34,995 bases of DNA from Simkaniaceae bacterium (GTDB taxonomy: Bacteria > Chlamydiota > Chlamydiia > Chlamydiales > JAJFMI01), in NCBI GenBank assembly GCA_040880145.1, contig JBBDIZ010000013.1:1-34995 (forward strand), in the 5' to 3' direction. The notes beneath the pieces are model-generated. The model made no database searches, had not been told where the DNA came from, and saw only the letters and a program-made list of their open reading frames with translations. Positions 28,018-34,995 of this stretch are shown one piece after another. The first letter of the stretch is position 1. Every line of letters begins with the position of its first letter. The position numbers and the translations under genes were made by a program.

Positions 28018-28356
28018 ATGGCAAATGAGGCAGATCTTTTCAAACGACAAAAAATAACCAAGCGATGGATTTGGATAATGACGTTGTTTTATGCGATTCC
28101 TTTTCCATTTCTCTTATACGCTTCTCTATTTTCAGTAGCGATTCTCAATCCTTCTGGCATAAAATTTCTTCAATGGACCTTTATCTTCTTTTGTCTTTCA
28201 ATCCCTCTTTCAATTCCTCTTTCAATTTTTTTTATGTGGCGTCAATATTTTCAGAAAAAATATTCGCAAGCTTGTTTCTACTTCGTGCTGCCAATTATAA
28301 TAGTCGTCACTAACTATTTTCTAATCGAGTTTGTTGGGTTATTTCTGACGCCTTAG
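28018..28356 (+). CDS. Small membrane protein (3 TM)
   Basis: G-rich RBS before the ATG at 28018 and three hydrophobic segments. Confidence 0.7.
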   Translation: MANEADLFKRQKITKRWIWIMTLFYAIPFPFLLYASLFSVAILNPSGIKFLQWTFIFFCLSIPLSIPLSIFFMWRQYFQKKYSQACFYFVLPIIIVVTNYFLIEFVGLFLTP

Positions 28357-28504
28357 CCAGGGCTAGCGCATCAAAATTTTAGTTATTAAAATTCCTCAAC
28401 TTAGGAGATGACATTACCTTTTTTTGGAGGTAATATGTCACATCCCATATTTTGCATTCTTTAACTATTTGGAATAGATTTTTTCAAAATGGGGGCCAAG
28501 AATT

Positions 28505-28750
28505 GTCAAATACTCACGATTAAAGTCGAGGGCTTGTAGCTAGCCAAAGAGACCGCTACCATTGGCACATTGACCGTGTGCCGTTGACGAGACAACAGAC
28601 TCGCCAAGCTTCAGAAGATTGATTGCAGCGCTGCAATCACTGTGCTGATAGCTTCCACAGTTAGAACATTTAAAAAGGTATATTTATGCCTAGAGCCGAG
28701 ACCATCACATTTGGAGCAAGTTTGAGAAGTGTATGCCGGATCGACTATAC
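28505..28750 (-). pseudogene. tnpB: Frameshifted tnpB C-terminal remnant with right end
   Basis: Minus strand reads VDPAYTSQTCSKC..GSR / FKCSNCGSYQHSDCSAAINL / VNVPMVA and ends in AAGCCCTCGACTTTAATCGTGAGTATTTGAC. Not in the ORF track. Confidence 0.8.
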
Positions 28751-28829
28751 CATTCGCAGAAAAGTGCTAGCGGGAATTGCTGAGAGATCAACTGATCTCT
28801 AAAAACTCGAACAATTAATACTTAGACTT

Positions 28830-29849
28830 TCATTCAAAGCGGGAGGAGTATGCTTTAAAAACTTCTCTTAAGTAAGCGGTTGAAGCTTCTTCTGAAAGGT
28901 ATTTTTCTGCAAACTCCCTTCCATTTTCAGCAATAAACTCCCCATCAGTTGCACTTCTTATTGAAGCATTTAAATCCGAAAAATCGGAAGAGATAGGGAT
29001 ATAATGGGTAAAAGCGATCAGCCCTTTGTCGTACCATTCAATGTAAGGTGAGCGCTCTTTTAAAACGCAGGATTTGGAATATAGAAAAAGGGGAAGCTCA
29101 TCCGAGGTCGTTTCCTTATCTAAGCTTATAAGAAACCGGTAATGAAAGAGCTCTTGCTCTGAAAGGGAGGGCCCAAATAGCTTTGCTCCAAGCATTGATT
29201 TTTGGGTGTGGCTGGGCAAAAGCTTAAAGGTGTCTTTTTGGATAAAGTGGCCATCAACTTCTGGAAAAAGACGCTCTTTTAAAAATAGTAATTGCGCTCT
29301 TGGATGAAGGCTCCACTCATAATAGTTGCTCTTTAGAGAGGGTTCTCCAACGAAAAGGGCGCGCGGGATCTTTTCTGACCATGGAGTCGAGTCCTCAAAA
29401 AACTCTTCTTTTTTTAAGCAGTTGTTAGGAAGTAGGATCACTTTTTGGTTTTTATAGTGTTTACTTACGGCAAAAATCGGAACTTTTAAGTGGCGTAAGA
29501 ATAAAGGGCGCTCAAAGCTTTTATTCAAGCTCAGTAAAAATGAAAAGGGAGGAAGAGATAAACCCTCTAAAGCTTTTGAAAGACTCTTTTTAAAGTGAAG
29601 CAGCTTGGCGCCGGATTGAGGTGAATCTTCTGAGAAAAAAAGAGAGCCTCCTTCGACCTTTACTTTAACAATTTCAATAGAGGCGCTTCGGAATTCTTTT
29701 TTAATGGCGGAGTAGCTATTCTCTATATCTTTTTCAGAAATCCTTAAGGTAGGAGAAAAATCCTCCTCGATTTGATCAAAAGCCCAGGGAGGAAGGCCCG
29801 CAGAAAAAAAACAAAAAAAAGAGAGGAAAACAAACCTGTATCTTGTCAT
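28830..29849 (-). CDS. Glycosyltransferase family 90 (CAP10/KDELC-like), divergent paralog
   Basis: Signal peptide; PWSEKIPRALF.G; YRFLISLD...SCVLKERSPYIEWYDKGL..FTHYIPI..DFSDL; IAENGREFA. Confidence 0.8.
   Translation of the reverse strand: MTRYRFVFLSFFCFFSAGLPPWAFDQIEEDFSPTLRISEKDIENSYSAIKKEFRSASIEIVKVKVEGGSLFFSEDSPQSGAKLLHFKKSLSKALEGLSLPPFSFLLSLNKSFERPLFLRHLKVPIFAVSKHYKNQKVILLPNNCLKKEEFFEDSTPWSEKIPRALFVGEPSLKSNYYEWSLHPRAQLLFLKERLFPEVDGHFIQKDTFKLLPSHTQKSMLGAKLFGPSLSEQELFHYRFLISLDKETTSDELPLFLYSKSCVLKERSPYIEWYDKGLIAFTHYIPISSDFSDLNASIRSATDGEFIAENGREFAEKYLSEEASTAYLREVFKAYSSRFE
28840..29013. repeat. 174-bp perfect direct repeat (copy of 25110-25283)
   Basis: See the other copy. Confidence 0.95.
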
Positions 29850-30990
29850 GATGTTCTCAATGGTTATTTGGAGACTATTTTTCTTATTTTTGCTTTTGGG
29901 GCAAGTGAAAAGCTGGGCCTACTCGTTTGACGCGGAGCAATTAAAACAAAAAATTCAAAGCCCTCCACCTGCTTGGATGATGGAGCAGATAGAGAAGGAT
30001 TTGAAGCATTTCCCTCAAGTCACAAAAGAGAAAATTTTCGATACTTATGACACAATTAAACGTCTTAAAAACTATAATAATTCCGATCTTGTAGTGTATG
30101 AAATTATCGATGGCAAAATATCTTTTCGGACCGAATTTGTCCCTTTAAAGGACCATCGGATTAAAGCTTTTATTAATATGATCGAGTCGACAAGTTCCAT
30201 TGTCCCTTGGCCAAATGTTCTTTTTTTGGCTTCTGTTTGGGATTCATTTGATTTTGGCTATTTTTTAAGAGAGGTTCAGGCGCCTGTTTTTGCTATAGCC
30301 AAAAAGAAAAACAATCCCTTTGTGGTTCTAATGCCGGAGATTACTTTTGAAGGCTTTCGAAAGGGCGCTCTCATACAAATTGAAAAACGGATTCAAAGTT
30401 GGCCTTGGGACAGGAAGAAGCCGAGTGCTTTTTTTAGAGGAAATTCAACAGGATACTATTGGGATCTAGATGATTTCGATGAAAAGGCAAGAGTGCGTAT
30501 TCTATTTTTATCTGATGAGTATGGCGATCTAATCGATGCGGCGCTTACAGGCTCCTATTTCACAAATAAACAAGTAAAAGAATTTTTAGAAAACGAGGAG
30601 TATTTTACGTCTTTTTCCTGGCCCTATCAGCAACTTCCCTATCGCTTTTTGTTAGCCATTGATGGCAATACGTTTCCCTCTTCTTTTCGCTGGCAGCTTG
30701 CTACAAATTGCTGCGTTATCAAGCAAGAATCTTCTTATATTGAGTGGTTTTATAATGCCTTAGAAGAAAACGTTCATTATTGGTCGGTTGATTCGAATTT
30801 TTCTAATTTGATAGAGAGTTTAAATTATTTGATGGAGCACGATCAACTCGCTCAAAAAATTGCCGAGTCGGGACGAAAGTTTTACAAAGAACATTTGACG
30901 AATGAGGATGTGATTTTGTATACCTATTTACTTCTAGAAACTTATAAATTACGATTTGTCGAGGAGGAAAAAGCTTGTTATGAAGGGTAA
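29848..30990 (+). CDS. Glycosyltransferase family 90 (CAP10/KDELC-like)
   Basis: Signal peptide; PWDRKKPSAFFRGNSTG; YRFLLAIDGN...VIKQESSYIEWFYNAL..NVHY; AQKIAESG. Start is 29848, 29851 or 29860. Confidence 0.88.
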   Translation: MMFSMVIWRLFFLFLLLGQVKSWAYSFDAEQLKQKIQSPPPAWMMEQIEKDLKHFPQVTKEKIFDTYDTIKRLKNYNNSDLVVYEIIDGKISFRTEFVPLKDHRIKAFINMIESTSSIVPWPNVLFLASVWDSFDFGYFLREVQAPVFAIAKKKNNPFVVLMPEITFEGFRKGALIQIEKRIQSWPWDRKKPSAFFRGNSTGYYWDLDDFDEKARVRILFLSDEYGDLIDAALTGSYFTNKQVKEFLENEEYFTSFSWPYQQLPYRFLLAIDGNTFPSSFRWQLATNCCVIKQESSYIEWFYNALEENVHYWSVDSNFSNLIESLNYLMEHDQLAQKIAESGRKFYKEHLTNEDVILYTYLLLETYKLRFVEEEKACYEG

Positions 30991-31654
30991 AATTTTCAGA
31001 GTCCTATTTATTTGTATTGGGGGGTTGATGATGGGGTGCAATAGAGGTGAAGAGAAGCTGACCTCGCTAAGCGAGAAAGCGCGTATCTATATTTTAAGAG
31101 ATTTTTTAAGTGAAAAAGAGTGTGAGCATTTGATCGCGCTTGGAGAGCCGACTTTAAAGCCTTCGACTGTTGTTGATGATCATATTGTGAATGGGCGATT
31201 AGACCAGGCGCGAAGAAGTCGAGGGACTTTTTTAACCAACCATGGACATGACCCCATTGTTGTCGATATTGAAAATCGAATTGCCGAGTTAACGCATACG
31301 CCTAAAGAAAATGGAGAGAGTTTTCAAATACTTCATTATCAGCCGGGGGGAGAGTATAAGCCTCACTATGACACATTTGATCCTGAAACGGTTGGAGGAA
31401 AAAACTGCTTTGACCGGGGAGGCCAGCGAGTGGCCACTGTTATTTTGTACCTCAATTCAACAGAGGTGGGAGGAGAGACCATTTTTCCAAATGTCGATAT
31501 TGCGGTCACTCCAAAAAAAGGCGATGCTGTTCTTTTTTATAACCTTTCAGAAGAGGGGCAAATTGATAAGAATTCTCTTCATGGAGGCGCTCCTGTTCTT
31601 AAGGGAGAAAAATGGATTGCGACGAAATGGATACGAGAGGGGGAGTTTCGATGA
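30980..31654 (+). CDS. Prolyl 4-hydroxylase-like 2OG-Fe(II) oxygenase, predicted lipoprotein
   Basis: Lipobox LMMGC; FLSEKECEHLI; ENGE.FQILHY..G.EY.PHYD; GGQRVAT.ILYLN; GGET.FP; LHGGAPV..GEKWIATKW. Confidence 0.92.
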   Translation: MKGKIFRVLFICIGGLMMGCNRGEEKLTSLSEKARIYILRDFLSEKECEHLIALGEPTLKPSTVVDDHIVNGRLDQARRSRGTFLTNHGHDPIVVDIENRIAELTHTPKENGESFQILHYQPGGEYKPHYDTFDPETVGGKNCFDRGGQRVATVILYLNSTEVGGETIFPNVDIAVTPKKGDAVLFYNLSEEGQIDKNSLHGGAPVLKGEKWIATKWIREGEFR

Positions 31655-32322
31655 AAAGCTTTTTCTTTATTTTTTTAGCTTGTGCTCTCCTTAATGGCTA
31701 TGAAATGGAACTTATTTGCAAACGGCCCCGCATCTATAAAATTTATTCTGTTTTATCTGATGAAGAGTGTGAATATCTCATCGATCGATCAGCTCCCCAT
31801 CTTCAGCTTTCACGGGTTATTGGAGATAATGCGAATGAAGGAGATTTTAGCGCAGGGCGATCGAGCACGAATATCTTCCTTCAGGGGAACTTAAGGGATA
31901 AAAAAATTATTGAAATTGAAAAACGGATTACGGAGATAACAGGCTTTCCTTATGAAAATGGAGAGCCGATGCAAGTTGTCCACTACGATGTAGGACAGGA
32001 GTATCGCTATCATTACGATACTTTTGAGCATCAATGTAAAGGAGGACAAGCGGCACTGACTTTTGGAGGCCAGCGTTTAGCGACTTTTTTAATCTATCTC
32101 AATGATGTTGAGGATGGAGGTGAGACCCACTTTTATTATGCTAAAATGGGTGTAAAGCCGAAAAAAGGAGATGCCATATTATTCTTTCCAAGTTTTCAAA
32201 ATGGACAACCTGATCCTCTCACTATGCATGCCGGACTGCCTATAAAAAAAGGAGAAAAGTGGATCATAACCCGATGGTTTCGTCAGCACTGCTATCAAAA
32301 TAATAGAAGAAGCAAGCCGTGA
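31651..32322 (+). CDS. Second prolyl 4-hydroxylase-like 2OG-Fe(II) oxygenase, exported
   Basis: ATGA overlap; signal peptide; HYD, GGQRLATFLIYLNDVEDGGET and MHAGLPI..GEKWIITRW. Confidence 0.92.
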   Translation: MKSFFFIFLACALLNGYEMELICKRPRIYKIYSVLSDEECEYLIDRSAPHLQLSRVIGDNANEGDFSAGRSSTNIFLQGNLRDKKIIEIEKRITEITGFPYENGEPMQVVHYDVGQEYRYHYDTFEHQCKGGQAALTFGGQRLATFLIYLNDVEDGGETHFYYAKMGVKPKKGDAILFFPSFQNGQPDPLTMHAGLPIKKGEKWIITRWFRQHCYQNNRRSKP

Positions 32323-33326
32323 AAAAATTAATAACTCTAATCATGATGACCCTTTCTTCTTTTTTGATGGCACTAGAAACTTTAACTCTTGATATCATTG
32401 ATTTTGAGGCTTTGATAAATAAAGAGCCCCAAGCTCTTTTCCAATTAAACGAAGCCCTCCATTCTAAAGGGCTTGTCGCCATTTCAAAAATACCGGGATA
32501 TAAAGAGAGCGTGCAAAATTTCATCGAAGCCGCAAGAGCCTTCTCGTCACTTCCAAAAGAGGTGAAAAGCAGAAGCGCGCCAAACCGGGATTTGGGTGAA
32601 TTTTTTTTAGGGTTTGAAGAGGGAAAAGAAAAGTTTCAAAGAGATGATGGCCGCTGGGTGATCGATGATTTAAAAAATTCCTACTACAGTTTTGTTCCCG
32701 ATGACCCTCGTAATAAGTGGCCTTCTGAAATTGACCTGAAAGCCCCCTATGAAGCAGTAGGGGTGTTGATGGAAAAAGTTGGAAGAGAGGTTATGGAAGC
32801 CATTGGGTTGATTGGAGGAAAGAGCTCTTTACCAAGAGAAGCTCCTTTTGCGCTCGGCCGTATGCTCCACTATCGTAAAACAAGAGAAACATCCTTTGAG
32901 AATCCAAACTGGTGCGGGGCTCATTTTGACCATGGACTTTTTACAGCCCTTCTTCCTGCCGCTTATTTTGTCGATGATCAGCAAATTCCAGAGCCCGAAG
33001 AAGCAGGCCTCTTTGTTCGATTAAAAAATGAGAAGCACTTTCGAAAGGTTATCATTCCAGAGCTCGATCTCTTGCTTTTTCAAGTGGGAGAGTTTGCGCA
33101 ATTGCTTTCAAATGATCAGATTATGGCAACTGAGCACTGCGTAAAAAAGGCAAAAGGAAAGATTGACCGCTATACTTTCGCGCTTTTCTTTAGTGTCCCT
33201 GAGGATTTTACGCTTTATTCACGCTCAAAGTTGACAGCAGATGATCGTTACTTAGGTCAGAGCGGCGACGCTTGCACCTATGGCTTTTGGGAAAGAGCAA
33301 CGTTTGATCGCTATATCGTTCAATAA
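32319..33326 (+). CDS. IPNS/DIOX-like 2OG-Fe(II) dioxygenase with signal peptide
   Basis: GTGA overlap; MLHY, WCGAHFDHGLFT, FQVGE..QLLS, ATEHCV and RYTFALF. Confidence 0.85.
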   Translation: MKKLITLIMMTLSSFLMALETLTLDIIDFEALINKEPQALFQLNEALHSKGLVAISKIPGYKESVQNFIEAARAFSSLPKEVKSRSAPNRDLGEFFLGFEEGKEKFQRDDGRWVIDDLKNSYYSFVPDDPRNKWPSEIDLKAPYEAVGVLMEKVGREVMEAIGLIGGKSSLPREAPFALGRMLHYRKTRETSFENPNWCGAHFDHGLFTALLPAAYFVDDQQIPEPEEAGLFVRLKNEKHFRKVIIPELDLLLFQVGEFAQLLSNDQIMATEHCVKKAKGKIDRYTFALFFSVPEDFTLYSRSKLTADDRYLGQSGDACTYGFWERATFDRYIVQ

Positions 33327-33328
33327 GA

Positions 33329-33919
33329 TCAGATTTTTTTAAGCGCGCTCTTGATCAGTTCTGATAGAGTCGTTTCTTCTTCCTTTTCTTGATCGGCCTT
33401 TTCAGCAGCTCTCTCAGCAGCAGCAGAGGAATAGCCTAAATTTTGAAGAGCTAAAATGGCGTCTTTTAAGTGTGGAGAAGAGGCCTCTGAAAAGTGAGAA
33501 GGCCGCTCATCCTTACGCTTTTTCATCCGATCAGAAAGCTCAAGAATTAGGCGCTCAGCTGTTTTTTTTCCGATGCCGGGAACTTTAGAGAGGAGGCGAA
33601 CATCTTTTGTGGCAAGGGCGATCTCCAAGCTCTCTAAGCTTAAGTGAGCAATGAGAGCGAGAGCTGTTTTTGGACCAATCCCTGAAACATCGCTGAAAAG
33701 AAGAAAAAGATCGCGCTCTTTTTCTGATAAAAATCCAAAAAGCCTTTGGGAATCCTCTCTAACAACAAAAGCGGTAAAGAGTTTTAATGCGGCACCTATT
33801 TTTGGGAATTTGGAAATTTGGGTGGAGGGAATGTAGAGAAAGTAGCCAACACCATTCACATCGAGTATGGCTTTATCGAGCTTAAGGGCTTGAAGTGTTC
33901 CGTTTAGATAATCGTACAT
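33329..33919 (-). CDS. ruvA: Holliday junction branch migration protein RuvA
   Basis: MYDYLNG, DVNGVGY, VREDS..LFGF, VSGIGPK.AL, VPGIGKKTAERL and LGY motifs. Confidence 0.97.
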   Translation of the reverse strand: MYDYLNGTLQALKLDKAILDVNGVGYFLYIPSTQISKFPKIGAALKLFTAFVVREDSQRLFGFLSEKERDLFLLFSDVSGIGPKTALALIAHLSLESLEIALATKDVRLLSKVPGIGKKTAERLILELSDRMKKRKDERPSHFSEASSPHLKDAILALQNLGYSSAAAERAAEKADQEKEEETTLSELIKSALKKI

Positions 33920-34397
33920 TTTGTTTTAGGGTGTTGGCGTGGCAGATGGCTAATGCTAAGGCATCGGCGGCGTCCTCAGGCGTCGGGGGCTTCTTAAGCT
34001 TAAGAAGGTGTTGGATCATCTGCTGCACTTGGTGTTTACTTGCCGACCCCGTTCCGACGACTGCAAGTTTTGCTTTTTTTGGTGTATATTCATAGACAGA
34101 AATTTTAGCCCGTGTGGCGGCTAAAATGGCAACCCCGCGTGCCATTGATAATTTTAACGCGCTGGAAGGATTTTTATAAACAAATTGTGTCTCAACAGAG
34201 AGGTCATGAGGTTCAAAAGCTTGAATTAACTTTTCTAATTCATCGAAAATTATTTGATAACGCTCATGAAGAGGAAGCCGAGGAGGAGGGCGGATCGCTC
34301 CAAAATCAAGAGGAGCGAGTTGGTTTTGATCGACTTCAATGATGCCGTAGCCTGTGACTACAGTCCCAGGATCGATTCCAAGTATTTTTCTTTTCAT
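33882..34397 (-). CDS. ruvC: Crossover junction endodeoxyribonuclease RuvC
   Basis: ILGIDPG..VTGYG, VE..F, G.G.ASK.QV and DAADALALAICH motifs. Confidence 0.97.
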   Translation of the reverse strand: MKRKILGIDPGTVVTGYGIIEVDQNQLAPLDFGAIRPPPRLPLHERYQIIFDELEKLIQAFEPHDLSVETQFVYKNPSSALKLSMARGVAILAATRAKISVYEYTPKKAKLAVVGTGSASKHQVQQMIQHLLKLKKPPTPEDAADALALAICHANTLKQNVRLSKRNTSSP

Positions 34398-34437
34398 TCC
34401 CTCTCTTATCTGCTATCTTTTTTGTCTATGGATCTTC

Positions 34438-34638
34438 AGAATGCCTAACTGGATTGGTGATCTCGTCATGGCAACGCCTCTATTGCAGGATATAAGAGGA
34501 GCTTATCCAAAAGCTGAGATCACTGCAATGGTGAAAAAACCCTTATCTGAACTCTTGCTTAAAGATCCCAATATTAACGAGCTATTTTCCTTTTCAAAAT
34601 CGGGAAAATTTTTCAGAAGAGGTGAAAACGCCAAATAA
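34438..34638 (+). pseudogene. waaF: Truncated LPS heptosyltransferase II (GT9) N-terminus
   Basis: RMPNWIGDLVMATP...YPKAEIT.......LL..DP.I, then a stop after about 66 aa. No continuation seen downstream in the window. Confidence 0.8.
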
Positions 34639-34743
34639 AATTTAATACAGGATTGACATGAGATTTTTAAATATACTCTTTCTAAGTTTTTTTATTTCGC
34701 AATATGCTAATGCAGACAATCTCAGTTTATAAGAGGTGACTCC

Positions 34744-34995
34744 ATGACTTATTCAAAAAAAGACTTTTCGAAAGACTTAAAAGCTCAATTAGATCTTGGG
34801 TATGAACCAAAAAAAATTGGCAATTGGGCTCATCAGGTATATTTAAAGTATTGTGGTAGAATTGATACTGAATTAGAAGAAATAATGGTGGATTTATTTG
34901 TTTTAGAAGAAGGTCCTGAATTTGAAGTTCCTGAGTCAAACTCAGGGCGTTCTGATGAAATTTACTTTACAAACATTTTTCCCAACAACCCTTTT
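34744..34995 (+). CDS. Small acidic protein running off the window end, immunity-like (EEGPEFE motif)
   Basis: AGAGGTG RBS; MTYSKKDFSKDLKAQLDLGYEPKKIGNWAHQVY...LFVLEEGPEFE. Open to the window edge and not in the ORF track. Confidence 0.55.
   Translation, partial: MTYSKKDFSKDLKAQLDLGYEPKKIGNWAHQVYLKYCGRIDTELEEIMVDLFVLEEGPEFEVPESNSGRSDEIYFTNIFPNNPF

Noticed and set aside
28408..28441. Imperfect hairpin tgacattacct...aggtaatatgtca containing GGAGG and ATG
   Set aside because: The downstream ORF is only about 9 codons. It cannot be distinguished from a terminator or decayed gene start.
34354..34437. N-terminal extension of the 94-aa ORF containing the waaF fragment
   Set aside because: It overlaps the ruvC start on the opposite strand and shows no GT9 similarity before RMPNW.
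4221..34448. Numerous short alternative-frame or antisense ORFs in the track (e.g. 4221-4481, 9047-9394, 18498-18824, 19333-19599, 31311-31694)
   Set aside because: They are nested in well-supported genes and have no motifs or RBS, so they are treated as spurious.
34653..34677. TTGACA...TATACT promoter-like pair
   Set aside because: The spacer is only 13 nt.
1..34995. CRISPR array, tRNA or rRNA genes
   Set aside because: No regularly spaced repeat-spacer series, cloverleaf or rRNA-like segment was seen on reading.

Overview
Bacterial chromosomal window, most likely from an environmental member of the Chlamydiota. This rests on the gene set and order: lipA-lpdA beside a Zn-ribbon membrane gene, glgC near a metallophosphoesterase, secA/psd/nth/mnmE, ruvC-ruvA next to a waaF fragment, and pseudopilin-like genes. 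The core region (about 4.2-24.3 kb) is ordinary housekeeping. Three accessory areas stand out. (1) 1-4.2 kb: the tail of a probable polymorphic toxin locus with internally duplicated immunity-like genes and orphan modules. It is followed by a 262-bp IS200/IS605 mini-element that retains little besides its ends and the TnpB omegaRNA scaffold, and whose empty site can be reconstructed exactly. (2) 24.3-29.0 kb: a variable island with an interleaved duplication (mnmE promoter copy plus a perfect 174-bp copy of a glycosyltransferase 3' end), decayed ISAs1, IS630 and TnpB elements, and a lysozyme-like/DUF3892-like/lipase fusion gene. (3) 28.8-33.3 kb: a signal-peptide-bearing cluster of two GT90 (KDELC/CAP10-like) glycosyltransferases, two prolyl-4-hydroxylase-like enzymes and an IPNS-like dioxygenase. 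This cluster is a candidate extracytoplasmic proline-hydroxylation/glycosylation system. All family calls come from motif recognition by eye; no database searches were run.
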